A stretch of DNA of 64,000 nucleotides from Candidatus Omnitrophota bacterium (lineage in GTDB: Bacteria > Omnitrophota > Gorgyraeia > Zapsychrales > Fredricksoniimonadaceae): assembly GCA_903860135.1 (NCBI GenBank), contig CAIOPG010000011.1, positions 320 through 64,319 of the forward strand. The letters are read 5' to 3'. Under the pieces are notes generated by a model. The model was given only the letters and a program-made list of their open reading frames with translations, had not been told where the DNA came from and made no database searches. Numbering within the stretch: position 1 is the first letter of the stretch; every line of letters begins with the position of its first letter. Below, piece by piece: positions 19,390 to 29,902 of the stretch. The position numbers and the translations under genes were made by a program.

Positions 19390-20028
19390 TTACACCGCCC
19401 CCCAGGCCTGCGCCAGAGCCCGCTTGAACTGGGGGACATCCAGGCTGATATTCGTTACAAAATCCCGGTGGCATCTTCCCCGTCGGTAATCAGGCACCCG
19501 TAAAGGCATCTTTAAACACAGGCTTACCAGGGAAAGGTCCATCGCGTAAAGGATCGTCCCGTGATGAAGGACATGCCCGCGCCCGCGCCGCTGGGCATTG
19601 CCGGAAAATTTCATTTCACCAGGGTCAAGCGCAAGGTCGCAGACCGGACGAAACAAGGCCGCGACACCGCAATCTTTTAACGCCTCAGCCACTTTCCCGA
19701 GAATGAATTTATAAGAACGGGTGATCGACGCCATATCCGCATGACGCGTCTTGGCAAGAACCAGGGAAAAATTCAGGCAACCAGGCCCCTGCAATACTGT
19801 TCCTCCGCCGGATGAACGTCGCACAACAGCCACACCAAATTTCTCACAGGCAACGGTATCGACATCATCACCCAAGACGCCTGTCCGTCCCAATACCACA
19901 AAGAACGAAGGGGACTCCCAAAAGCGCAACACTTCCCCCCCTCTGCCGGCATCGGCTTCAGCCAAAAGACGGTCATCATGATCAAGATTTTCCCGGGGAT
20001 CTTCAAAAGAAAGATCTTCGCGCCTCAT
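19390..20028 (-). CDS. Lipoate-protein ligase A family (BPL/LPL catalytic domain)
   Basis: RRSSGGGTV, KFSGNAQ and HGTI motifs. Adjacent to the glycine cleavage genes. Confidence 0.9.
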   Translation of the reverse strand: MRREDLSFEDPRENLDHDDRLLAEADAGRGGEVLRFWESPSFFVVLGRTGVLGDDVDTVACEKFGVAVVRRSSGGGTVLQGPGCLNFSLVLAKTRHADMASITRSYKFILGKVAEALKDCGVAALFRPVCDLALDPGEMKFSGNAQRRGRGHVLHHGTILYAMDLSLVSLCLKMPLRVPDYRRGRCHRDFVTNISLDVPQFKRALAQAWGAV

Positions 20029-21482
20029 GCCGTTGGCGCGAAGAAATTAACGTTCATCTCACGCGCCGCCTTCGTCTCATCCGGACGGGAAATAGGCATG
20101 GTGCGTGGAAAATCATGGAAGGCCGCCGGGTTTGTTCTGGCCAACGCATCAGCCTCGATCATCGCGTCGACAAAAAGATCGAGTGTCTCACGGCTTTCGG
20201 TTTCTGTCGGCTCGACCATGATCGCCTCCTTGACCGTGAGCGGAAAATAAACGGTCGGGGGATGGATGCCCTGATCGATCAGGCATTTGGCAATATCGAT
20301 CGCGTGAACACCCAACGCCGTCTGGCGCGACGCCGAGAACAGGCATTCATGCATGCAAATACGGTCAAAAGCAACCTGATAATTCTTTTTCAAACGATGC
20401 ATCAGATAATTGGCATTGAGAACCGCGTGATCGCTCGTGGCCTTAAGGCCGTCTCCGCCCAAAAGGAGCATATAGGCATAAGCACGGAGGATAATGCCAA
20501 AGTTACCATAAAAAGAGGCGATGTAGCCGATCGAATCCGGGCGGTCATAATCAAGCGCGAATGATCCGTCCGCACGCTTAACGACACGCGAAACAGGCAA
20601 AAATTTCTCAAGCCTTGCCGTTACCCCCACAGGTCCAGAACCCGGCCCGCCGCCGCCGTGCGGCGTGGCAAAAGTCTTGTGAAGGTTCAGGTGTACGAGG
20701 TCAAAGCCCACATCACCCGGCCGGCAGCGGCCAAGCGTGGCGTTGAGGTTGGCACCGTCATAATACATCAAGCCATCCACAGCATGGATCAGCCGGGATA
20801 TCTCGCTGATGCTGGAATTAAAGACACCATGCGTATCCGGGCAGGTCATCATAAGTCCGGCCACCTCATCCGTAAGAACGGCCTTGAGTTTGGCGATGTC
20901 CATGCCGCCCTTCTTGTCCGACGGAACGGAAATGATCTGATAGCCCGCAACAGCCGCACTCGCAGGATTTGTGCCGTGGGCAGAGTCTGGGATAATAATA
21001 TATTTTTTGTTATTGCCCCTGGCTTTGTGGTAAGCCGCCATGAGCATGATCCCCGTCAGTTCGCCATGCGCGCCGGCCAAAGGCTGAAGGGTAAAGGCCT
21101 TCATGCCCGTGATCTCGCCGAGCCAACGCTCGGTATCATAAAGCACCTCGAGAGCGCCCTGCACATAACGCTCGCCGCCCTTAAGCTGAGGCAAGAGCGG
21201 ATGCAGGTCGGCAAAACCCGGCATGCCCGCTGCCTTCTCGGTGAACTTCGGATTGTATTTCATCGTGCATGATCCGAGCGGATAAATATTCGCATCCAAC
21301 GAAAAATTAAGGCGGGACAACCGTGTAAAATGACGCACCACATCCAGCTCGGAGACTTCGGGAAACCGCGCCGCATCCTGACGCAGATACTTGCTGTCAA
21401 GGGATGCGTTGACCGGAACATCGGATTCCGGCAGTTTGAAGCCCTGACGCCCAGGCACGTTTTGTTCAAATATGAGTTTCAT
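20025..21482 (-). CDS. gcvPB: Glycine dehydrogenase (decarboxylating) subunit 2
   Basis: YPLGSCTMKYNP, SAHGTNPASA, PLP-lysine motif HLNLHKTFATPHGGGGPG. Confidence 0.97.
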   Translation of the reverse strand: MKLIFEQNVPGRQGFKLPESDVPVNASLDSKYLRQDAARFPEVSELDVVRHFTRLSRLNFSLDANIYPLGSCTMKYNPKFTEKAAGMPGFADLHPLLPQLKGGERYVQGALEVLYDTERWLGEITGMKAFTLQPLAGAHGELTGIMLMAAYHKARGNNKKYIIIPDSAHGTNPASAAVAGYQIISVPSDKKGGMDIAKLKAVLTDEVAGLMMTCPDTHGVFNSSISEISRLIHAVDGLMYYDGANLNATLGRCRPGDVGFDLVHLNLHKTFATPHGGGGPGSGPVGVTARLEKFLPVSRVVKRADGSFALDYDRPDSIGYIASFYGNFGIILRAYAYMLLLGGDGLKATSDHAVLNANYLMHRLKKNYQVAFDRICMHECLFSASRQTALGVHAIDIAKCLIDQGIHPPTVYFPLTVKEAIMVEPTETESRETLDLFVDAMIEADALARTNPAAFHDFPRTMPISRPDETKAAREMNVNFFAPTA

Positions 21483-22816
21483 CCCAAGACCTCCGCCAGT
21501 GCCACACCATAGGCTTCAATCTCGGCCTTGGTACGTTTCTCGGTAACAGCCACGAGTAAATAGTTTTCCAGGCCCGGATAATAACGACCTAAAGGGAACC
21601 CGGCCGCAAAGCCTCTGGGGATCATGGCCTCCACGACATCTGCCGCATCGCTGGGCAAACGGACAACAAATTCATTGAATGTCGGCGATGAACGCTTAAC
21701 CTCAACACCAGGGATCTTTTGAAGGACTTGCCGCGCAAATTCGGCCTTGTCAAGATTCAAGGTGGCAAGACGACGGAAGCCTTGCTTCCCCAAGAGCGAC
21801 ATAAAAACAGAAGCCTGGATCGCGCACACCGCCGCATTGGTGCAGATATTGGATGTTGCCTTTTCACGGCGAATATGCTGTTCCCTAGCCTGCAAGGTGT
21901 TCACAAAGCACCGGCGCCCCTGGGCATCTACCGTTTCTCCGATAATACGGCCTGGCATCTGACGGATATACGCCTTGCGCGTCGCCATAAACCCAAAGTA
22001 AGGTCCTCCAAAATTAAGCGGCAGGCCCAACGACTGCCCGTCGCCCGTCACAATATCCACCCCCATCTCGGCCGGTGTTTTAAGCAGCCCCAACGCCACG
22101 GGATAAACACTGGCGATCACCAGCGCCCCTGCGGCATGCGCCTGCGCCACCACATCGGCATGGTCATCGATCACACCAAAGAAATTCGGATTCTGAACGA
22201 TCACCGCCGCCGTATCGTTGCCGATCAGCGAAAACATGGCCGCACGGTCGGTCTGCCCGTGAACAATCGGTGTTTCCATAAACTCAATATGCAAGTTGTG
22301 TGTATAAGAACGGATCAGCTTACGGTAGATCGGGCTGACACCGCCATCCATGATGATTTTCTTACGCCCGGTCACACGGATGGCCATCATCATTGCCTCA
22401 TAAAGGGCTGTGCCCCCATCGTAAAGGGAGGCGTTGGACACTTCCATGCCGGTGAGTGTGCAAATACCGCTCTGATACTCAAATAATGCTTGGAGGGTGC
22501 CTTGAGAACATTCCGGTTGATACGGCGTATAAGCCGTATAGAATTCACCGCGGCTCATGATGGCGCCGCAAGCCGCCGGGACATAATGGTCATAATACCC
22601 GCCGCCGATAAAAGGCACCAAGACCGTCGTATTACTGGCCGCAAGGCGGCGCAAACGCTCCATCACCTCAAATTCCGAAAGTCCGGCAGGAAGATCAAAA
22701 GACTGGGGGGCATGTTCCGGCTTAATATCAGCAAAAAGGGCGTCAATGGAATCAACGCCGATCACACCGAGCATGGCGCGGACATCCTGTTCTGTATTAG
22801 CAATATAGGGATTCAA
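21479..22816 (-). CDS. gcvPA: Glycine dehydrogenase (decarboxylating) subunit 1
   Basis: YTAYTPYQPECSQG, NASLYDG, REQHIRREKATSNICTN. Confidence 0.97.
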   Translation of the reverse strand: MNPYIANTEQDVRAMLGVIGVDSIDALFADIKPEHAPQSFDLPAGLSEFEVMERLRRLAASNTTVLVPFIGGGYYDHYVPAACGAIMSRGEFYTAYTPYQPECSQGTLQALFEYQSGICTLTGMEVSNASLYDGGTALYEAMMMAIRVTGRKKIIMDGGVSPIYRKLIRSYTHNLHIEFMETPIVHGQTDRAAMFSLIGNDTAAVIVQNPNFFGVIDDHADVVAQAHAAGALVIASVYPVALGLLKTPAEMGVDIVTGDGQSLGLPLNFGGPYFGFMATRKAYIRQMPGRIIGETVDAQGRRCFVNTLQAREQHIRREKATSNICTNAAVCAIQASVFMSLLGKQGFRRLATLNLDKAEFARQVLQKIPGVEVKRSSPTFNEFVVRLPSDAADVVEAMIPRGFAAGFPLGRYYPGLENYLLVAVTEKRTKAEIEAYGVALAEVLG

Positions 22817-22845
22817 GGAAAGATCCTGGTTTCCGGGTCAAAAAA

Positions 22846-23259
22846 CTACTCGTCGGTGTCCACAACGCCGTTACGGTCAAGGCTCTCCAGATAGCTTGAA
22901 TATTCTTCCGCTGTCAAAAGATTGGAAGACTCATCCATATCAGCTATTTCTATCCTCGCGATCCAGCCCTTGTCTGAGCACGAACGGTTGATCAAGCCAG
23001 GATCATCGGAAAGCTTGTCATTAACATCAATGATCCGCCCCGACATGGGACAAAAAATATCGCTGGCGGATTTCACGGACTCCACCGACGTAAGCTGCTC
23101 AAACTGCTCCACTTCGCTGTCGGTGTGCGGCAGGTCAACAAACGTGATGTCCCCCAGAGCACCCTGAGCATACTCGGTGATACCCACCGTGCCTACGCCA
23201 TCTTCAATGTTGATCCATTCATGCTCTTTGGTATAAAGATAATGCTCAACGATATCCAT
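22846..23259 (-). CDS. gcvH: Glycine cleavage system H protein
   Basis: HEW, VGITEYAQ..LGD, lipoyl-lysine motif VESVKS. Confidence 0.96.
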   Translation of the reverse strand: MDIVEHYLYTKEHEWINIEDGVGTVGITEYAQGALGDITFVDLPHTDSEVEQFEQLTSVESVKSASDIFCPMSGRIIDVNDKLSDDPGLINRSCSDKGWIARIEIADMDESSNLLTAEEYSSYLESLDRNGVVDTDE

Positions 23260-23278
23260 AAGCCTCTCCGCTTTCCGT

Positions 23279-24376
23279 CTAGTTCCTGAGTGTGCCCATT
23301 TTATAAAATGGCCTTGATGCCGCCTGCGCTTCTACCCTGATTTTTTCATCCCCAAATATAATATTTTTAACTGCCCCCGTAAACTCTTTTTTAATAAAAC
23401 CCATACCCACACCAATCCCTAGGGCTGGTGAAAAAGTTCCGCTGACAACGTCGCCGATCAATATCCCGCCGGCATCGTAGAGAAAATGCCCCTGACGTGG
23501 TGCCCGGCGATTAACGGAAATGAAATGAATGAGCCGGCGAGAACCATCCTTATCCCGCCGCAAAAGCGCCTCGCGGCCAATGAAACCCTTATTGACGTCA
23601 ACAAATCTTTTCAGGCCCGCTTCCAACGGGGTTATGTCTTCAGACAGCTCATGGCCATAAAGCGGATAACAAACCTCCATGCGCAGCACATCGCGCACCC
23701 CTAACCCCGTCGGACGGACACGATCGTCCGCACAAAGGGCATTCCAAATCTTTGGCGCCCTGTCCCAGGGATAATAGATCTCATACCCCAGCTCGCCGGT
23801 ATAGCCCGTCCGGCTGATGATCACCTCTTCCCCGAGAAGGGAAAAAGTCCCGAACGTGTAATACGCCAGGTCCCTGACGCCCGGCACCAGCGACACCATC
23901 ACATCCCGGGACAAAGGCCCCTGGACATCGATCTTGGCGGTTGCATGCGAAACATCCGTGAAGGCTGTGCCCGGCGCAAGATGCGTACGAAAATGGGCTG
24001 CGTCCTTGTCAATGTTTCCAGCATTGACCACCACCAGCCACTTCTTGGGTGCCAGCCGGTACACAATCAGGTCATCGATCGTCCCCCCGTCAGCATTCAG
24101 GGCCAGGCCATAACGGCACGTCCCCACAGGCTGATCTGCCAACGGTTGTGTGACAATATTCTCCAGGCCAGACGCCGCCGCCTCGCCCTCGATCAGGAAC
24201 TCGCCCATGTGAGAACAATCAAAAACAGAACACCCCTTACGATTGGCTTCATGCTCCCTGAGGATACCATCAGGATACTGAAGCGGCATCTCCCAGCCGG
24301 AAAAAGGGACCATTTTTGCGCCCAAGGCCAGGTGCGCCGCATAGAGAGGTGTCCGCCGTACAGCTGATAAGGTCAT
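23279..24376 (-). CDS. gcvT: Glycine cleavage system aminomethyltransferase T
   Basis: RTPLY..H, FSGWEMPLQY, FDCSHMG, SRTGYTGELGYE, RDVLRME. Confidence 0.96.
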   Translation of the reverse strand: MTLSAVRRTPLYAAHLALGAKMVPFSGWEMPLQYPDGILREHEANRKGCSVFDCSHMGEFLIEGEAAASGLENIVTQPLADQPVGTCRYGLALNADGGTIDDLIVYRLAPKKWLVVVNAGNIDKDAAHFRTHLAPGTAFTDVSHATAKIDVQGPLSRDVMVSLVPGVRDLAYYTFGTFSLLGEEVIISRTGYTGELGYEIYYPWDRAPKIWNALCADDRVRPTGLGVRDVLRMEVCYPLYGHELSEDITPLEAGLKRFVDVNKGFIGREALLRRDKDGSRRLIHFISVNRRAPRQGHFLYDAGGILIGDVVSGTFSPALGIGVGMGFIKKEFTGAVKNIIFGDEKIRVEAQAASRPFYKMGTLRN

Positions 24377-24380
24377 CCCA

Positions 24381-27300
24381 TTACTCCAGTATTACATCTA
24401 TACGCATTACTTTGCCATCACGCACATCTCCCGCAAAAGGAGACGCGATACAACCGCCCGCGATCTTCTGAACTTTACCGCCGTGCGCCGCAGCGTAGGT
24501 CAAGGTCACCCGCGCGACAACAGCGGCGTGAGCGCCAAAAGTATCTGCCCGACGGCTGTTGTGATAAACAACCAATGTCCGCCCCATGAAATGAAAAGCA
24601 TACGTATGGGCCGGAAAGTCAACGATATGCCGTTCCCCCGCCAGCGTGAACACCTCTGCCGACGACTTCTTTTCCGTGAACCAGGTTCCCTTGAGTGCCG
24701 GCTTGAAATCGAGCTCGAGCACGCCGTCGGCATTGAGCTTGAAAGGCGCCGCCCCCGCATTCATCATCATCCACATGTGCGTAAACTCGGCGGTGCTGCC
24801 GGAAAGCCGCGCCACAAAACCCTGACCATGCAGATCTTTATCCGGATGGGCACTCGAAACAATGAATGAGGAATTCTCGATGATACTGCGGCCATACCGG
24901 GCAGGATCCATGAACGGAACGCAACAGGTCGCAAGATCCTGATAAAACTCATCGTAAAGCCCCTGGCGCAATAGTTCCAGCAGGTACTTGTACTCCATAT
25001 GCAGCCAGATAGACTCATTCTCAAGCCAGCCACGGGGAAACACGCGCGTGCGCCCGATCTCTTCACTCTCGGCGGCAATATTGATATTTAATTTATACAT
25101 GCCTATCTCACGGTCAAAAAGCTGGCTCTTGCGCACTTTCCGATGCAAGGCGCGTGCGTGCGCCACACTTTTCTCACTGCGCAAAGCATGAACAAATCCT
25201 TCCAAAAAGAGAGGCAGGTCATGCCGTTCAAACGCCAGCGGCTTCACATGAGGCCCTTCTTTGGCAGGCGCGAGCCCTTCGACCACCTCATGACGGGTAA
25301 CCTTGTGGGTATAATAAGTGGCAAAAAGCCCGTCGGCCTGCAACGCCCTGGCAACGCCCTTGTTGGTCTTGCCAATGACCCCTTCGAGCAGACGCCGGAT
25401 CGCGGGGATGGACAGCTCTCTTTCAACACCTGAAATGCCCTGACGTATCCGGGAACGATATGTTTCCTTGAGCGTATTTGACCTGTCCCAATATTCAAGG
25501 TCCGAAGGCTCCTGCGTCAAGAGCTCTCCCAAGCCATTACAAAAATCAGCCAGCTCTTCAAACACAGGTACCAAAACCGAAGTCTCGAGCGTTATGTGAT
25601 CAAACGCATCGAGAATAAAAGCCGCAAAGCGCCTCAATTCAAACGTCTCGGAAATGGACGATCCCAACAACCCGGGCAATCCGTTTAATGAATCATACCA
25701 GTTCGGTTTATTGCCCTCCATCTCGATACCAATGCCGCTTGGATCAAGGGTCGCCGCCTTATTGGCGATCAGGCACAGCATCTTGACCAGGAACGTTGTG
25801 CGGTAAACATCCCCCCGGCCTTCATGGACACGCAGGGAACCATCCTTCACCTCACCGGCTTCATGAAGGGAATGATACTGCCGCACCCCGCGGGTGGTCA
25901 GCACATAACGCTTTTCACGCGGCTGGACATAGATCGCATTGTGGTAAAAACTGAAACTCCTGTTGTTCAAAAGAAGATCCCGCAGATTCTCCGGGTACAG
26001 GGCCAGATAGCTTTCCACCAGATCAAGATTGTAGGTCCAGTGATCCGTCCAGAAACCTTCCCCGTGCTGGGCTGTCTCCGACTTCCGGCAGACGCTCAGC
26101 GCGCGCGCCAAGAATTCTCGCGGCTCGACTTTCAACCGGATGCCGTTGTCCGCAATGAACGTGAATACGTCCCCCGGCATAAAGCCCTTCTTCAAAAATG
26201 TCGCAAACGCCGACGTGTCGCCAGACTTGACGCACGCAGACATCAAGTCATCAACGAGAACACCGGATTCCGGCGTAAAAGCCATACCGCAGACAACCAG
26301 CGGGTTATATCCGTCCGCACGCGTGAGCGAAAAGAAATTGACCAGCGCACTGTCCTTGAGGTCGGGATTGAACCAAACGTCATTACGCCGGTTCTGGTTC
26401 ACATCGCGATAATTTCCGTTGCCCTGGGAAAGAAAGGTTGAGGCAAGTTTGAAGAAATTATAGTCGCGTTCCATATCCCCGTGCTTGCGGCTATAGACAT
26501 TGAACACGGCCGGGCCTGTGCTTGTTTTCAGGCTCACCGGCAGTCCGCCGCGCAGGACATTATCAAGGAACGTCTGACCAGCATAGGCATTGAACGCGTG
26601 ATCTGCGCTGTGTGTGAAGGCCAACGACTTGATACCCTCGACAATGGCGCGGTTGCGCTCACGCTTGAGCGCGATAAAACCCGAAGCCGTTGCCTTCTTG
26701 ACATTAACATTCAACTCGCCGACGCTACGCGCAAACCCCGTGAGGCTCACGAAATCCCTTGATGCCCCGGCCCGGAGTGAAAACACGGCATGCGCCATGG
26801 CGCACGGGGTACGATTATCCGTCTGCTGAATGGACGGGGCACTGAATTTCTTGGCATCCATAAACCGCTCTGGCACAGCAAAATCTGTGACTTGCCCGAA
26901 TACCGCCGCCGCCTCAACGACCGGTTGCAGAAGAACACCGGGCTTGGCCTGGGGATCAAACGCAAAATAAAAATTACCTTCCTTCACATGCTGTACCTGC
27001 GGCACATCGGCCGGCTCGACATTCAGCTGAAAATAAGGGGCGTCCTTGTCAAGGTTACGGACCTTATACCAGGCCTCGATGGTACGGCACATATTCTTCA
27101 TCACCCAGTCATTCTGCCCGAAAGGAATAATAAGCGGCAACCCGTCGATCATGTCCACCGCAAGAACATCCTTGGAGATGTTCTTGAACGTGACGGTACG
27201 GACAAGCCCGGCGAAGGATTCTTCAGGCATCGTAAAATAATTAACCGTCACCGAGAGACCAAGCGTCGTGTTGACCTCTTCGATTGTCAGGTCGTGAGAC

Positions 27301-27644
27301 GTGATCATCATGGATTGACGGGTGTTGTACTGATCGCTGGCGCGAAAAGGTTCGTAAAATCTGACAGCGGCACCTTTCTTAACCTTCAAAAACGTGCGAA
27401 ACCCCTGTGTGCCCGTCAAGCGGTAGGCTTTGTTGGCGGGCTGGAATTCCAAAATTGCCTTATCTTTGGATTCAATGCCAAAAGAAGCTATGCCCTGGCC
27501 GCGGTTGGTTGTGAACACCCACATTGGAATGCCCCATTCACCCGCGATCCCCGGAAAGAAATTCGAGAACGGCTTCTTGCGGCTGAAGTCCTCAATGACA
27601 AATGTACCATCTGGCCGCAAATACTGTTCTGCTGATTTTTTCAT
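24381..27644 (-). CDS. Glycoside phosphorylase, GH161-like (putative beta-1,3-glucan phosphorylase)
   Basis: 1087 aa. N-terminal FSNFFPGIAGEWGIPMWVF..NRGQGIASFG, plus YSRKHGDMERDYN, SQGNGNYRDVNQNRR, PNWYDSLNGLPG, GWLENESIWLHMEYKY and RLSGSTAEF, recalled as GH161 signatures. Confidence 0.75.
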   Translation of the reverse strand: MKKSAEQYLRPDGTFVIEDFSRKKPFSNFFPGIAGEWGIPMWVFTTNRGQGIASFGIESKDKAILEFQPANKAYRLTGTQGFRTFLKVKKGAAVRFYEPFRASDQYNTRQSMMITSHDLTIEEVNTTLGLSVTVNYFTMPEESFAGLVRTVTFKNISKDVLAVDMIDGLPLIIPFGQNDWVMKNMCRTIEAWYKVRNLDKDAPYFQLNVEPADVPQVQHVKEGNFYFAFDPQAKPGVLLQPVVEAAAVFGQVTDFAVPERFMDAKKFSAPSIQQTDNRTPCAMAHAVFSLRAGASRDFVSLTGFARSVGELNVNVKKATASGFIALKRERNRAIVEGIKSLAFTHSADHAFNAYAGQTFLDNVLRGGLPVSLKTSTGPAVFNVYSRKHGDMERDYNFFKLASTFLSQGNGNYRDVNQNRRNDVWFNPDLKDSALVNFFSLTRADGYNPLVVCGMAFTPESGVLVDDLMSACVKSGDTSAFATFLKKGFMPGDVFTFIADNGIRLKVEPREFLARALSVCRKSETAQHGEGFWTDHWTYNLDLVESYLALYPENLRDLLLNNRSFSFYHNAIYVQPREKRYVLTTRGVRQYHSLHEAGEVKDGSLRVHEGRGDVYRTTFLVKMLCLIANKAATLDPSGIGIEMEGNKPNWYDSLNGLPGLLGSSISETFELRRFAAFILDAFDHITLETSVLVPVFEELADFCNGLGELLTQEPSDLEYWDRSNTLKETYRSRIRQGISGVERELSIPAIRRLLEGVIGKTNKGVARALQADGLFATYYTHKVTRHEVVEGLAPAKEGPHVKPLAFERHDLPLFLEGFVHALRSEKSVAHARALHRKVRKSQLFDREIGMYKLNINIAAESEEIGRTRVFPRGWLENESIWLHMEYKYLLELLRQGLYDEFYQDLATCCVPFMDPARYGRSIIENSSFIVSSAHPDKDLHGQGFVARLSGSTAEFTHMWMMMNAGAAPFKLNADGVLELDFKPALKGTWFTEKKSSAEVFTLAGERHIVDFPAHTYAFHFMGRTLVVYHNSRRADTFGAHAAVVARVTLTYAAAHGGKVQKIAGGCIASPFAGDVRDGKVMRIDVILE

Positions 27645-27689
27645 AAGCCTCCTCTTTTCGCCGTAATGAAACTTGTCCCGTAAAGGTGA

Positions 27690-28457
27690 TCAAAATGAAT
27701 TCTTGACCGCCCTGAAAAGATTGTAATACCCTGAAAGTTTGAACCACAGAACAAAGCCGCTGTCTTCATCTTTAACCCGGATGCGCTTGAGCTCATAAAG
27801 ATCTTTGGCACGATGATCTTCTCCCCGATTTGTCGTTACAGCCGCCGCATAACCGGCATCTTTTAAATCTTTCTTAACCAAGGGAGTGAACCCACCGATA
27901 GGATACGAAAAAAACAGCACTTGCCGCCCAAGGCGGTATTCCATCAACCGCTTGCTTTCCCTCACCTCGAAGGCCGCCTTCTGCGGCGTAATATCAGGCA
28001 TATAAACACCGGTGAGCGTGTGACTGCCAAATGTCATACCGTGGTCGGCCATTTCCTCAACTTGAGCCCATGTCAGACGGTCTGCCGCCCCCAGCTTAGC
28101 AACCTCCACAAAAATATCGGCCGGAAAACCATACGCAACAAGCAAGGGATAAGCCTGGGTGTAATTATTTTCATACCCGTCATCAAAAGTGATCACAACA
28201 CTTCTGCGATCAAGCGTCTGGCCTTTCTTAATACGGTCAACCAACGCTGCCAACGTTATGACCTGATACCCCTGTTGATGGATATAGGCCAATTGCCGGG
28301 AAAAATTAACCGGCCGCACATTGTTGAGCGGCTCAAACCACGAAGCTTCAACCGCATGATACATCAGGATCGGCACCTGATAACGTGGCGCCAGCCACCC
28401 GGCGGCACAGCCCCAAAGAGCCAGCCCAATAGCAACGATGAAAATATTTTTCTTCAT
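27690..28457 (-). CDS. Polysaccharide deacetylase (CE4)
   Basis: PILMYH, ITFDDGY, GSHT and FSYPIG motifs; N-terminal signal. Confidence 0.92.
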   Translation of the reverse strand: MKKNIFIVAIGLALWGCAAGWLAPRYQVPILMYHAVEASWFEPLNNVRPVNFSRQLAYIHQQGYQVITLAALVDRIKKGQTLDRRSVVITFDDGYENNYTQAYPLLVAYGFPADIFVEVAKLGAADRLTWAQVEEMADHGMTFGSHTLTGVYMPDITPQKAAFEVRESKRLMEYRLGRQVLFFSYPIGGFTPLVKKDLKDAGYAAAVTTNRGEDHRAKDLYELKRIRVKDEDSGFVLWFKLSGYYNLFRAVKNSF

Positions 28458-28462
28458 AAACG

Positions 28463-28915
28463 TTACAACGACGCCAGTTTTTCTTTGACCAATTCACTGA
28501 CAAGCTTGCCGTCAGCGCCGCCACCGACTTTCTCGCGCACCGCTTTCATGACATTCCCCATATCTTTCAACGATGAAGCCCCCGTCTCCGCAACCACCGC
28601 ATCGATCACGCGCCTGATCTCTTCGGCCGGCATTTCAGCCGGAAGATACGTCTTCATAACGTCCAGCTCCGCCTGCTCCTTGGCCGCAAGCTCTGGCCGG
28701 CCGCCCTTTTCGAATTGCGCGATAGAATCCTGCCGCTGTTTGATCTGCTTCTTGACAACAGCGATCACGTCATCATCGCTAACAGCGTCGAGGCGCCTGT
28801 CCACCTTGACCTGCTTGATCATGGCGCGCAAATAATTGATCGTGGCAGAAAGGTCGGTGGCCTTGTTCTTCATGGCCTGAACATATTCCCTGCTGATGCG
28901 CTCTTCTAACGACAT
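28463..28915 (-). CDS. GatB/YqeY domain protein
   Basis: AMK.K, KQRQDSIAQFEKGGR, YLP, DMGNVM motifs. Confidence 0.93.
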   Translation of the reverse strand: MSLEERISREYVQAMKNKATDLSATINYLRAMIKQVKVDRRLDAVSDDDVIAVVKKQIKQRQDSIAQFEKGGRPELAAKEQAELDVMKTYLPAEMPAEEIRRVIDAVVAETGASSLKDMGNVMKAVREKVGGGADGKLVSELVKEKLASL

Positions 28916-28934
28916 GCCATCCCCCTCTTAAAAT

Positions 28935-29156
28935 TTATTGATTTTTTATATTAATCACTTTATGCCGCGATTTCAAACCCTTTATTATCTCTATACGCGA
29001 TGACCGTACCCCATAATGTTCAGCCAAAAAATCTGCCAACGCTTCATTGGCTTTGCCATCGACAGGCGGTGCCGTCAAATGAACCTTGATCCCGCCCTCA
29101 ACCTCATGGACCATATTCTTGCGTGCACCAGGGATCACTTTAACATTCAGGATCAT
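28935..29156 (-). CDS. DUF167 (YggU) family protein
   Basis: VKVIPGA, APPVDGKAN and G.KSRHK motifs. Start taken at ATG 29156. Confidence 0.9.
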   Translation of the reverse strand: MILNVKVIPGARKNMVHEVEGGIKVHLTAPPVDGKANEALADFLAEHYGVRSSRIEIIKGLKSRHKVINIKNQ

Positions 29157-29167
29157 GTGGCATTGCC

Positions 29168-29836
29168 TCAAAACAGGTACTTCCGCGCATCGGTCCTCAG
29201 CCACAACCTGCGGGCACGCCAGTCAGGACAAAAACGCGCCACTTCAGCCCAAAACGCACGCGAATGATCCAGATGCCGGGCATGCGCTAACTCATGGATC
29301 ACAATATATTCAAGTATCGTCGCCGGGAAGGCGATCATGCGCCAGTTCAGTTGAACACTCCTGGAACCAGCACTGTAACTTCCCCAAAGCCTTTGCTGAT
29401 CCTTGATAACAACCCGGGGCAATGGCAACGCCATCCGCACGGCCCACGCCTGGACAAGCTTCGGAAATACTTTCGTCGCTGCGAGGCGGTACCACTTGAT
29501 GACCAGCCGCCGCCTGTCAGCCTCTCCACCCTGGACACTCCAACCATCGGGGAAGTCCTCTAGCCGAGGAACTCCCGTATCATCCGCAACACATTCGAGA
29601 TGGCAGGCCTCACCCTGAAAGTACAGTTGTCCGCCTGTCAAAAAAATATTACTGCCGGCTCCCGCATCAGCCCCGGACTCTGCCAAAGCCCGGCGAATCC
29701 ATGCTTCTTTGCGCCAAAGAAAATCCTGAATATCGCTGTCAGGCATTCCCGCCGGAGCATTCACCTGAACCCCCTTGATCCCGACACGAACCTGGAGCGT
29801 TGTGCGGCGCGATGAACGGATGATATTAAAATCCAT
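29168..29836 (-). CDS. YgjP/DUF45 (M48-like) zinc metalloprotein
   Basis: RS.RRTT, WGS.S, LNWR, YIVIHELAH...HS.AFW motifs. Confidence 0.9.
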   Translation of the reverse strand: MDFNIIRSSRRTTLQVRVGIKGVQVNAPAGMPDSDIQDFLWRKEAWIRRALAESGADAGAGSNIFLTGGQLYFQGEACHLECVADDTGVPRLEDFPDGWSVQGGEADRRRLVIKWYRLAATKVFPKLVQAWAVRMALPLPRVVIKDQQRLWGSYSAGSRSVQLNWRMIAFPATILEYIVIHELAHARHLDHSRAFWAEVARFCPDWRARRLWLRTDARKYLF

Positions 29837-29843
29837 AATAATT

Positions 29844-29876
29844 AAAAACCGAAGCAGACTTGCGCCGGCTTCGGTT
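29844..29876 (-). terminator. Putative intrinsic terminator
   Basis: Inverted repeat aaccgaagc (29847-55) / gcttcggtt (29868-76), followed by a T-run on the minus strand, downstream of 29903..30628. Confidence 0.6.
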
Positions 29877-29902
29877 CATTCACAGGAGACGGACATTTAA
29901 CT

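Noticed and set aside
24377-24381. Glycine riboswitch upstream of gcvT
   Set aside because: There are only 4 nt between the upstream gene and gcvT.
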